Source of the DNA: Tubulanus polymorphus
Taxonomy: Eukaryota > Animalia > Nemertea
Length of the DNA stretch: 64,000 nt
Reading direction: 5' to 3'
NCBI RefSeq assembly: GCF_964204645.1
Contig: NC_134027.1
Span: 25,940,560 to 26,004,559, forward strand
A program made the translations under genes and the position numbers. The notes beneath the pieces were generated by a model that had not been told where the DNA came from, ran no database searches, and saw only the letters and a list, made by a program, of their open reading frames with translations. Below, piece by piece: positions 12,741-25,047 of the stretch; position 1 is the first letter of the stretch; each line of letters starts with the position of its first letter.

Positions 12741-13117
12741 CTAGTATAAGGTCACTACCCCCTCATACCCCACGACAAGACGCCCCCCTTCGAACAACAA
12801 CACCACAACTACCATCACAAGAAAAAAGACACTTAAACCATAAAAACCAATTGTGTCCATTAATTTAGATTACTCATCCAAGCCGCAAGCGCGTTATCTG
12901 CATTTCATTGTTTTCGCCCGATAATTGTTTGTGTTAATCAGGTCATTTTGCCCGTGGGTCAATCTTATCTTTTGTTTCAAATCAATTAAATGCGTTACTA
13001 AACAACTCGCTCTACTGGGCCAACGTATCCGTCGGTGAATCATAGATAGCTACGCTCCAGTGACGACTCCGCGTCCGACTGAGACAATCGAATATGCCAT
13101 TTGTGACAAGCGAGAAT

Positions 13118-13276
13118 CCGCCAGGTGGCGATAGTGTAGATTCGGACAACGATGCCGGATTTCTTTTCAAATTCAATTAAATTCTATCCATAATTTCTCA
13201 GATTCTATGAGTGAATCCTAAACATTGATTAACGAGGACTCTTCTGTGGCAATCGAGGATCCACCAGGTGTCGCTA
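13118..13276 (+). promoter_or_regulatory. Pair of CTCF-like motifs within a duplicated 52-bp segment
   Basis: ccgccaggtggcgata (13118) and ccaccaggtgtcgcta (13261) resemble the CTCF core CCACCAG(G/A)(G/T)GGCGCTA; motif match only. Confidence 0.35.
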
Positions 13277-14338
13277 GTGTTCATTCGGACAACGATACCG
13301 GATTTCATCTCGGATGAATCTTACATGAACCATAAAGATCAATGTGAGTTTATCAAGAGTCGTAATTTGCCTAATTTCTGATGTGGGAGGCTAAAATGCT
13401 TGATGAAATTTCATTGAAAAATAAACTTAATTTTGAGCCAGTGGGTTACCTGGTTGTACGGGGTACGAATTTACGAAGGAGCCATTTAGAATATTAAGTT
13501 ATTCCTTCACAAAATGAGCATATATTACGACGCATATTTGTAGTTGTCGCAAATAATTCTAAATGTAGAAAAAAGATTTGAACATTGTTGAATGTCGGCG
13601 CTTTGTTTTGATGTTACCGGATACGAGCTCTTCGACTGGAATATAGCTTAAAGAGTTTATATGTAGATACGAAAATAATTAGATATACGCGTATATCATG
13701 AAATATACAATAACGAAACTCGCCGCCAGCGCCATTATATGATAGTCTCTCTGTAAAAGCAAAAATTAAACATCGTTTTCGCGTCCGCGGGTGAATAATT
13801 TCAGTCGTGATATTATTGTCTTAATTATTTGCCTGGCACCCCGCGGCTGTCCTGACGGGCGGGTCCTACTGACACGCCCTATCACTAGTCATCTATACAG
13901 TTAATAATATCAAATAAATAAACAGCCAAAAAGCACAAAATCGTCTCCGATTATCTTACAATCGATTTTTGATAGGAGTTAGCTGAGGCTTAATTTCGTG
14001 TACGTAACATCCTGGCAAAGTTTTTGGCTCCGGTTTTTACGCTTAACCACACGTTTAGTGCTCGGAACATTACGACGATTTAAACGCTTAAAATACGATA
14101 CGCTTTATGTTTCAAATTCTGAATTTTCAACGTCGAATTTTAGCCTCGGGCGGATGAAAGTCGGCGGTGTGTGTGTGTGTATAGTTATTTTTAATATCAT
14201 TCGCTCATATCAGTTAGTACGTCGATAATGACTGACAGATATGAAATACACGGGTTCTCAGATATATAATGACAAACCACAAAACGTTATCATTATCTTA
14301 TAGGATTGTTGCAAAGAGGAGTCGTGTTAACCCCGCAG

Positions 14339-14484
14339 GACCCGTTTCAACAGTTTTGACTTTTGGATAACTCTGAGCTCGGAGCAATCATATTTGACAG
14401 CCAAGTTTTCGCTGAGTAAAATTAGTTCATTTTCAATGAGTTAACTGTGTGTCGAATCTAAATGCAGAACTGTGGAACTGGGTC
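14339..14484 (+). mobile_element. Family B MITE
   Basis: Ends gacccgtttcaacag / ctgtggaactgggtc, flanked by cag and ctg; core ttagttcattttcaatgagttaact. Confidence 0.8.
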
Positions 14485-14804
14485 CTGGTGTCAAATCAGT
14501 AAATGTTAAGACATATAGATGTAGTACTCGATATGGTATAGAGCCATGCTCGCTATCTATTCTCTAATAGATTAATTAGTAAATCAATTAGTACTCAATT
14601 AGTATCACTCTCCCTAAAAATACTGTAACATGCACTACGCGCTGTATAGCGAAAGTAAATTTTTCAAATTCAAGAAAATTTATGAATCTTATTTTACACC
14701 ACAAGACCCAAACATATTGGAAGCTAGTATTGTTTATACAAAAAGCAGATGAAAGCTTCATGTATCTCTCGATACATCCGAACCTTATAAAATCTGGAGT
14801 GTAT

Positions 14805-14918
14805 GTTAATAGTTTTCAATATCACATAATTTATATTATATACATTTTATTCATTTTCGACAATATTAAGCAATATATATGTTTCATTTTTCAACTCGTC
14901 AATAAACTTTCAAGTTAG
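14805..14918 (+). mobile_element. Family E 3' fragment
   Basis: tcaatatcacataatttatattata...cgtcaataaactttcaagtt matches the reverse complement of 6300-6380 and 45469-45490. Confidence 0.65.
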
Positions 14919-17900
14919 TTCGCTTGGTTTTATTCTACCGACAAAATACTATCTGTCTTTTCGTCGACTGATTTATCTTAGAGGAATGAAGAAAACGAAG
15001 GAGAAATCGACAGGAGAAAGTTGCTCTTTATCGCCGATAGCGGCCGTGTTCACCGCGCGCACCCAGGTGCTCTACGATACCAGCTGTATTTTAATGACAA
15101 AAACTCATCATCTTTAATATGAATTCCGGGCGGTAATTTTCTCCGTGTCGCCCGGGCTTATCGCAATAGACAGGTCACGGTTCGCTCTCATCACCGCGCG
15201 CCACACAATTTATTAATAAATCCGCAAAAAATTGACACCGCGTCGCATTAATAACATCGGAAAGGCGATGTACACAGGCTGGATTAAAGCAACGCGTCTA
15301 ATGGCATTATCTGATACGCGGCTAACATATCTAAGAAGCCGCTCGAATTTCTGGCTAAATAAGATTAAAAAGTGTAATAAAGAACCGAGTCGGCGCATTA
15401 AAACGCAATTGGTAACATCTGTGCCCTAAGTAGAATCTATCTCCTTTATCGGCGGGTTTGACTTCAGTTGTAACCACCACATCAAACAACTCAGTTTCAG
15501 ACCGTTATAAAAAATATTATCTACGCATTGGCGAGTATGTTGTTGTTACTATCTTTGCCGCGATTTTCGTAAACTAATTATGAAATTGGAGACGAAAGTT
15601 TCCGCTATTAAAATCGTGTTTGAAAGTTGTCGTAAAGTTTAAATCCTTTAATATTTGCTTGGATGAACTTTTGAAGCGAAAGCTATTGAAGTCGCTACCA
15701 ATTAGAGTTGTAATGTTCATACTTGGTTCGGTTTTAGCGTCAGAATGAGATCTGAAAGTCTTCAAAAACATCGGACGACGTCTTCGTACATGACCGAATC
15801 TTTTGAAAGTTTTCTTCTTTACCGTGCCTTTCCCGGATTTACAAATACGTCCCTTCCGTAATATCGAACTCAGACGGTAGATTTTGATATAGAGATCGCG
15901 GCGCTCTTTTGCTGGAAGGACGAAATCCTAAAATTAGCTTTAAAAGCTTACGACAAAACTGCATCAGACGCAATTGCGCTTATCGACTATCATCGTTAAC
16001 ATGGTCATTTCGTAATGGATAATGTTAGCTTCATTTACCAATACAGGACAGTGGACCTTTTCAAAGTATTTTTTGTCTCTCGATTGACCGCAATGGTTTA
16101 ACATTTCAGCCGTCGGTTATGGAATAAACATCGCTGTCAATAAAATACACGAGAAATGATTCATTTATCGAGATAAATATAGAGGAATTTACCCGAATTG
16201 ATCCCCGAGGGGACATTTCTATCTTATTCTATTGTTAGGGAAATTTATCCGGCAACCTTCGTATAATTATCTCGTCGCACTAGTCGAGAAAATGTCAATC
16301 GACTTTAAAATAAACATCAAACACAAAACAAACAGTTTGTTCGCACCTTTCAATGAAAATCACATCAAAAAGCTTCAGTTGCTACTAGTGTGGAAACGCT
16401 CTAAGAAAAAGTGCAGGTTTTTATGCGCGGTACCTGTTTCGGTATCTGGAAAGTTCTAATGAATAAATACCGCAAATATCTACGATTTCGATCGATGAAT
16501 CTACGATAGAATATGATTCTAATTTTGGGGGGGGGGGGAAAGCTGAAATCATCATCGATGACCGTGAGTTGATCTGTGCAAGACGACCGATCGTCTGCGA
16601 TATCGTTGTGTTTAATTGCTGCCTATGGGTGTTGTGTTACAAGTCAGAAAATACTCCGCTAATTGGTTGACTAGAACGTGTTTTCTTTCACTCGGCTGCC
16701 ACAGGCGACTATAACCGATCTAAAATAATCAATTGAAATCGTGATTGATGATATATCATCAGTTTATATATGTTGAAGAGAAACGAACGCTATCGCACAT
16801 ACGATTCATCGTATCAGGTTTTATCATTGTAAATAACTTGTATTCTATTTACCGTAATCAATATATCTACATTTCCCTCAATATCGCATACCCTGACCAT
16901 CATATACCTTAAAAAACCCATAATATATAAGAAAAAAAGAGTCTTATTTCTCATGATAGCTTATTCCGAGGTTTCGACTTTATCCAAAATGAGGTATTTT
17001 TTATTGTTAATAATGCGATCATTGTGTAATACGAAATTATTATCACTTTATATTTGAAATTCCGCTTCCGGTTGAGTTCCCTTACTTCATCATTTTGAAG
17101 ATTCTTGGGCCTATCAAGTGGGAAGTGACGTCACAACCAGTCTCTTTTCGGGCTGTCGGTTTTATCATGAATGAATGAACCACGACGACCTGCTAACAAG
17201 GGCTTTTAAATTCCTAGTATCAGCAGTGGCTGTTCCAGGGGGCGGAGCATTCCCCTACCCGGACTGTACGTGGAAAGAAGTTATTCGAGACAATCTGCTT
17301 GGGTTCGAACCCTGCTACAATTTCTATTTTTGGATATCAAATAAGGAATTTAATGCCTTCGTAGTGAGTTAATGGGATGAATAAATTTGGTTTCCTTCTC
17401 TTTTTGGCAAAAAGAAGTAAAACTATATTCCAGCTCTAAACTGGAATTAAATCGAATTGAATAAAACGCGAATCTTATCTGTTGGGTTAATCTAATATAT
17501 GTATCTCAGTACAGTTAAATCAATCGCTTATTTCGAGGCGAACCAAAACACAAAAACTACTCGTTTTAAAACTCTGATTATAGATATCGATGTTTGGCGC
17601 GGTAGTACACTCGTAACTCAGCGCTTGAGATATTCAACACCTCAATCAATTCCAATATGTAACAAACAGAAAGTATTTTGATTACTTGTGTGTGACATTT
17701 CATGATAGACCTACCAATAAATCTAAATACCCCCCTAAACAATATAAAATCGATCGTTTTACAAAAATATATCTAATAAAAATATATTGTTCGCGAACTT
17801 TCCTTTTTGTCTAGAACTTTCTAATGAACCAATCAGATGAGTAGGTGTGACAATAAACGCTGTCACTAACAGCTAGATAATTCGCTTGCGCAATGATTTT

Positions 17901-18260
17901 TTTTCAATTCGCCTCAAACACGTTTATGATCGAAAGAAAACCGTGATGTTTTAAACGAATTTAATTTAGCAAATTAATATTTAAAAAATCGCCCCCACCC
18001 CGTAGGGTCTTTTCATTATGTTGAACCAACATTATCATTGTATTGAAAGTTTGTTTGCGCCGAGAGGGTATTTCAAAAAAGTTTTTTTCAGCAATGTCTT
18101 CAAGCTGCAAATGAGTGGAGGGGGTTAGTTAGTTTTTGTTTCAATCTTGCCTTACGTCGTTCGGATCTAGGTTTTGCCAATACTCATCCTTGGACCGTTC
18201 TTTTAACGTTAACCTCACGACAGGAACACGGCCTTAGAAGTGTTGCCCGCACACCGCAAT

Positions 18261-18408
18261 GGAAACTTCCATAGTTATGACTTAGACTAAAAGACCAGCC
18301 TAATATCATTTTGGTTCAATAACCAATCTAACAAAAGACCAGTCTAAGACATCTTAGTTCCATTGCCAATCTATGTTTCAAGACTACTTTCGCACTGGAG
18401 CCGACCCC
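18261..18408 (-). mobile_element. Degraded family A MITE with two internal units
   Basis: ttccatagttatgacttagactaaaagaccag, then two ccaatcta-containing units. Confidence 0.7.
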
Positions 18409-20857
18409 ATCAATAGTTAGAATAAAGATATTCGTCGAATCAGGGAATCTTCATTACACTGTTAAAAAAGAATCTAGTGATTCGTTCGCTTTGTTTGATA
18501 TATTGCGTATTTTATATTATCATCATTTCCATAATCATCAACATCATCGAAACTTCTCGACACTTCTCGATTCAATAATTCAAATTACGCATTCTTATTT
18601 TTACACCTTACACGCGGCTTCCTTCATTAACAATGCATAGAAAAAGCAAGTCATCTGTAAATGAATTTATACATATTCGGCGGTGGCAGCGGCGGTGGCG
18701 GCGGCGTTTTCAGCTGCTAAATCCATACGATATTCAGATTTGTTCCGCGTTCGGCGTCAGATACTGACGAGCATATTAAAACCCAGCTCGCTATTGTCCT
18801 GCTGTAATTGAGTCTTGTGGTTGATTTCACTTCGAATACATTTAAAAACTAGATACACCGTTTTTATTTCGTCCATTATCAATTCATGCCTGTAAGGTAG
18901 AGATTCACGTCTACGCATCGCTAGACTGGTAGCTTGTCTTTGTTCGTCGTCAGATGTACGGATTCATATACGTTCGTACAAATATAGAAAACTGTTAAAC
19001 AAACAGAACCGACCACGTTTGATTTCATTTTAATTGAAGTCGCAACAACCTCGGGCGAAAACAACCCCACATCATGAGCTATAAAGGTGTCGAACGTTTT
19101 GACAGACATCTTTGAAAAGCTATTCAAAAATATTCGTTTTAGTTTTAGTATTTGGTTTCTATAGACGAGTAAGCGACTGTCTAATTCATGAATACCTCTA
19201 TGCACCAATGGAATATGATAAAAAACGCATTACAAATAGTTTTTTCAAAAAGAGAAAAAAATGACCCAACACTGCAGGACAAAAATATCCTAACAAAATG
19301 GCGGCTAGCAAAATGTAAAACGGTTTATCGAAAAAGCCCACAAGTATCTAACGTTTTGACTCTATGAGCCATTCTCAAAAGTTTTGAATATAAAATGAGT
19401 CGTAGGATTGAGTAGAAACGTCAAAACTCTCGTTTTTTGTTTGTTCATATTGTGGCTTTCCCTGAATGTTCGTTTTAGATTCTAAATCCCTTTATTACGA
19501 AATGCCCGAAGAATCGAAGGGTGTGGGTGAGCTATTTCATGACGTATTTGCTGTTAGGGTTTGCAATTACCTGATTAAACCGACGATAGTCTCCTTCGAA
19601 ATGTCATGACTGTTGATTTTAATTTTTTGATGAACGAATTCTGCTTTTAATCTTTTTGTATTTCTATCTAGTGGGTTTAATCTTATCATCATTACTCCAC
19701 GTCTGAATATAGGGGGGGGGGGGGTATTCTAATAGTAATAATTCTTATTTCTATACGTTTCATGTCGATTTTTTCAGTCGATAAATGAATCAAAGCGAGT
19801 GGAATTATAGCTGGTTTTTTTTTTGGTTTGTATAGAGTTAGTTCTCCCCATCACGTGCGGTGTCAATTAACCATGAACTGATCAAAAACTAACTGAAATT
19901 TCACGAGCGGCGCGTGGCGACGCGGCGCCAACAGAGATCGATCAGTTCTGAAAACTAACTGGGAAAAAAGGCGCTACAATAAAACTTATTTGTTTCATAG
20001 TATTTCATGCTAATAATAATATCAGAATATAGTGATATCAGAAAATACCTGTGGTTTTCAGGCCCGAACCGAGATTTTTGGAGGGGCACTTCTATTTCAG
20101 GAAAAAAAGGCATTTTTTCAAGGCTATTGAAAAAGGGCAGATCTTAATTATGTATATACCCAAAAAACATGGAAATTCTATCCAAATTTCGAGAAACCTT
20201 GACCCGAATTTTTGACACTGACATTTTGAAAGGCACTTTGAAAATTTTAGGGGGTTCTTTTGCTACTACCCCGGACCTCCACCCCCTGTGTAAAGTTGTT
20301 GATATCACATGTATTGAACACGTCATATTGGCCGTGAGCCATGAATGATGACTTCAGTAAGCCACTCGATTTAAACGGCCAGCGTGACGCGCTACGACTT
20401 CACGTGGCTTGTAACACGTGGAATTAACTCGATCTAGCCGCCCACGGTCGTCGCAGTAATAATTAGTCTTCCAAGTCAGCAATTCCGTACAAAATAATGG
20501 CTGAAATTCGATGCCGATGAATTATTATCATGTTCTACTCCGCGACAAAAAAAATCGGATAATTTTTCTTTCGAAAAAATCCAAACTACGCCGCAGTGTT
20601 GGCGGGTGATGCTGTGTAGTAATTAATATTGAATCTGTGAAAAATAATCAATCCTACTCGTCAATATAATAACTGATACGCTTCGATTTACGAGACAAAA
20701 AACGTTTCATTCGATTCTTTGATATATGGTTGTAATTACACACGCGAAATATTTGATTCTCAGTATGGCGAGTATGAAACCATTGATGTAGGTTACTGTA
20801 AATCACACGGACTAACAGGTTCAATCGGGGCATTTTTCAAAATACATGTACCAATTT

Positions 20858-20941
20858 TTCCACAATTGTGAGTTAGAGTTAGTTCATTTTCAATGAATTA
20901 ACTCAGAGTTAAATCTTAACTCGGAACTATGGAACTGGACC
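20858..20941 (+). mobile_element. Family B MITE, left end truncated
   Basis: ttccacaattgtgagttagagttagttcattttcaatg...ctatggaactggacc followed by ctg. Confidence 0.8.
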
Positions 20942-21309
20942 CTGACTTTTAAATTAATTATGCCTTTATATCGATGGAATTTGATTCATTGCAAAATTAT
21001 TCAAAATACATGTACCAACTTTGAGAAATGTATTTACTGAACTTCGGTAATTCTGACTAAATGTTGAATTCTATATAAATTATGCCGTCAGTGTCCATTC
21101 TCCGCTGCTAAATCAGTAATTATACCTCGAAGTGTTTCAACATTGACACCTGCCATATATGTCATATGAATCTGGAAATGCTTTTTAGATACCTACATTG
21201 ACTGGTCTTATCTTCGAGTATCATAAAAATCAGCTTCTTTTAATATGATAAACTAATAACAATAATTCCACATGTCTAAACTAAATGACAACCAAAAAAA
21301 TGTTGCAGT

Positions 21310-21381
21310 AGTAACAATAACAATAACAATAACAATAACAGTAACAGTAACAGTAACAACAGTAACAGTAACAGTAACAGT
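21310..21381. repeat. (ACAATA/ACAGTA)n hexamer microsatellite
   Basis: About 11 hexamer units switching from acaata to acagta. Confidence 0.9.
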
Positions 21382-21476
21382 TAAGTAATCAATGAATGAA
21401 CCGCAACCGAAATTTCCAATTATGTACTTCGATTTTAACCAGAAAAATCTGCATATTCGACCGCCGATCACACATC

Positions 21477-21620
21477 TATATTTGTACTTCGATTTCGAAA
21501 TAAAACCCCTGTTTCGCCTCCCAGCAGGCGTGGTGGGTTTGTAAGCCACACCAAATCAAAACTAATCAAACGAAATCTAACAATCAAATGAATAACAGGG
21601 TCAATGCCTATTTTAAGAGA
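21477..21620 (+). mobile_element. Family F dispersed repeat
   Basis: aaacccctgtttcg..cc.gcagg.gtggtgggtttgtaag..acaccaaatc...cctattttaaga; six related copies in the window. Confidence 0.8.
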
Positions 21621-22816
21621 AGGGCCTTAGCACTGTTCAACGATACATAGTTGTTAGATTAAAGTTAGCGCACAATTGCTGAGCTATCTTGGGCGTCTAT
21701 ATATTCTAAAGTTAGTTTTCAGTTCGTAATCAATCTTTCCAATAATCGCCAAGTCTCTAACCTCGAACGAATTGACAGATACAAAATATACGATTGAATC
21801 TGAACTTAATTACAGCAAAAAGAACAACGCATGAAACTTGCGTCACTCGCCGTGTATATTATAATATAAGAAAACGCGTCACTTCTCGCCGGAATATTTT
21901 CTTCGGCGAGAGGTTGATTAATTTATACGATGTTCTATGGAAATTCATCAGTGTGTGATACAATTTAGGCAAAGATTTATGCCAATAATGCGTTCCCCCG
22001 GTGACACACGGGTCGTCCGAGCATCAAGCGAAAGCGTTTGACATATGAATAATTCCATAAAAACAATCGTCTATTGTTTCTGTTTTGCGCGCGTGAGGTG
22101 ACGTCGGTTGATTGCGAGTTATAATGAGATTACTCGAGGTTTTCGATCTGATTATCGGCACGGGTAAGGAAGGTGACGGCGGTGACGAAATTAAGTTATT
22201 ACCTCGCGCCGGGAGATATCCGAGCTTTCGCGCAGTCGTAAGTAATTAAGATGGAAGGTGTAATGAAAAATTGTCGTCGGCCGAGTTTATGAAAATTTCC
22301 CGGGTCATAAGCATCGAAATGAGCAATAAACAATGACCGCCGAGACACTGGAAATGATACGATCGATCGCCACGGGACGACTTCGTGATTGCACAAACCC
22401 CGGACCAAGTCCAGGCTTAGATTTCAGAACTACCTAAGACTGGTGTAACCCCAGTTTGTGTATGGTACTGTGTATATGATATACTAGCTTCAATATATTC
22501 ACTATAATACTTGATTAACCACTGAACTTTACCAATATAGATATATCTGTTACTAACGACAGTTCCAACCACAGTAATTTAGTAAACATACCTAGCATTT
22601 TTATACGTCTGGCTTTGTAAAAGATGCAAATTCTGATTGGATGACGAGTGCCAAATTCGCAGGTCTAAGCTACTTCTGTCTTAACAGGGCAACCTAAATA
22701 GGAAGACAAGACCCCGGAGACCACCCCCTAAATCCACATCTGCTGCTTCTACTACAACTTCCTTGTTTTGCTGGTTTGACTAGGTCGGGATTTCCCCATC
22801 GTAGAGTTTAGTCCAG

Positions 22817-22954
22817 GGGCCAGTTGCACAGTCGTGACTTAAGTCCAAAAGTGGTGTTAAATCTTAAGACCGGTCTTAAGTTGTTAGATTGGCTATAGAA
22901 CTAAGTTGGTCTTAGACCGGTCTTAAGTCTAAGTCATGACTATGCAACTGGCCC
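22817..22954 (+). mobile_element. Family A PIF/Harbinger-type MITE, intact 138-bp reference copy
   Basis: TIR gggccagttgca / tgcaactggccc, CAG TSD at 22814-22816 and 22955-22957, one internal 47-bp unit. Confidence 0.95.
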
Positions 22955-23585
22955 CAGGAGCTAATTGAGCTGAGGTAAAAGCTTGGCGCTCGTCACAAAT
23001 AAATTCGAAAACGAAAACAAATACAAAAACTCAAAATACTAATATCAACTACAAAAATACTATTTTATTCTCTAATGAAAACTAAAGTCAAAACAAAATA
23101 CAGTGAGGATAATGAAATAACACCTTTACAAACCTATTATTGAAGACATTTTTAGTCTTTGTGGAAGACATTTAACTAATTTCATTAATTATTGAAAAAA
23201 TAAAGAGAAAGTTCTTCAATGTCTGAAAGTTCTTCAACTCTGATGCACCATTACTTATATCTGAATTCATAGCTATTTATTAACCTTTATCAACCTTTAT
23301 CAACCCGTGTGTATTTCATAAGCCATATCATTAACTACACAACGCCACCTATTGGGCGTTCGCGTCAACTGTCCCGCGATCGCCGTTTAAGAACGTCGGC
23401 CTCGCATAATCGTACGTAATGTTCCGGTTTAAATCGCGATAGAAAAGCGTCCATTTTCCCTGCTACACGAGAACTACTGTTAAAACCTGTAAAAATATGA
23501 AATTAAAAAAAAAACAACCTCATTAAACTTGCGTAAATAAACCTGAAACTAACTAGGCCCCTCCTCCTATAGTTAGAAGCACAAA

Positions 23586-23840
23586 GGACCCATTTCAACA
23601 GTTGTGAGTTAAACTAATTGAAAATGAACTAATTTCAATTCAGAGTTAACTCTAACTCACAACTGTGGAACTGGATCCTGACTGCGATCAGAGTCAACTA
23701 AATCCACAGCTGTGGAACTTGATCCTGAGTTTTGAATTAACTCTAACCAAAAATTCATGAAGACTAGTCTTTATGAATTTTTGCTCTAACTCACAGCTGT
23801 GGAACTGGATCCTGAGTTCAGATGGAACTGGATCCTGAGG
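23586..23840 (-). mobile_element. Family B MITE with reiterated terminus
   Basis: Starts ggacccatttcaacag; tggaact(g/t)gatcctga occurs four times. Confidence 0.8.
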
Positions 23841-23959
23841 TGTTAGTTTCAACCTGTAATAGTAGTAGTTAGAAGCATTCTGGATGTTGTCCGTCATGAG
23901 TTCGGATTTGACTCTATTTCTCAAGCATCGGAGATTACATACTTTTATTCAAACGAATT

Positions 23960-24055
23960 CGATATTTTGTACTCAGATTTCAGATTTCGAAATCTAACCC
24001 CTTGTTTCGCTCCCGGCAGGTGTGTTGAATTCATAAGAAAACACACTAAATGAAT
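23960..24055 (+). mobile_element. Family F partial copy
   Basis: gatttcgaaatctaaccccttgtttcgctcccggcaggtgtg. Confidence 0.7.
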
Positions 24056-24700
24056 AAGAGATTAAAGCATTGGAAATGAACTGATTTTACTCTGAGGGTA
24101 AAATCTAACGCAAAAATGTACTCGCAGATCCTGAACTTCAGGAGCTTGCAAGAGATTTGTCAGCAGAAACGAGAAATTTATTCAATCATCGAATCTAAAA
24201 TTCTGAATTTCACAAAAATAACTTTTGTGTCCATAAATGAGCGAACCGCTTCAACGACAGCGATGTCTGGACCTTCGATGACATTTCGTCGTCGAGCTGA
24301 AACCAGTGTCCGCACACATGAAATTCAAATGGAGTAGTATTTCCGATAATAGGCGTAATATCGACAGCAAGGAAGAGGACTGGTTGATTTGATAAGCTTC
24401 ATCAAGATTCAGATGGCCTAAGGCAATTACCATGGCAACGAAGATCGCAAAAAATCAAACGGTCTGGACAAATAATATTTCATACATTGAGAAATTTCCA
24501 CTTTGGCAGCAAATCTTTGATATACGACGCGGAGAACGTGAGTAAACTTTCTAATGAACTGCGAATACTGATGGACATGTACGACGTATCATAAATGTGT
24601 GCCGTGCATTTCTGATCATGTTCCCCCCTCCTGAATTCCCTCATAGGAATTCACATCTGAATTAGTCAGTTTTAGTAGAAATTAAATGCAGTTATCTTTG

Positions 24701-25047
24701 GGTTAAACAGTTATCTCTGATTTGAATGGTTATCTCTGAGTTCAGTTATCTCTGAGTTGAATGGTTATCTCTGAGTTAGACAGTTATCTTTGAGTTGAAT
24801 GGTTATCTCTGAGTTCAGTTATCTCTGAGTTGAATGGTTATCTCTGAGTTAGACAGTTATCTTTGAGTTGAATGGTTATCTCTGAGTTGAATGGTTATCT
24901 CTGAGTTAGACAGTTATCTTTGAGTTGAATGGTTATCTCTGAGTTGAATGGTTATCTCTGAGTTAGACATTTATCTCTGAGTTAAACGGTTTTCTCTGAG
25001 TTAAACGGTTATTTCTGAGTTAAACAGTAATCTCTGAGTTAAATGGT
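24701..25047. repeat. About 19-bp minisatellite with alternating variants
   Basis: Core gttatctctgagtt separated by gaatg, agaca, ca or aaacg; about 18 units. Confidence 0.95.
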
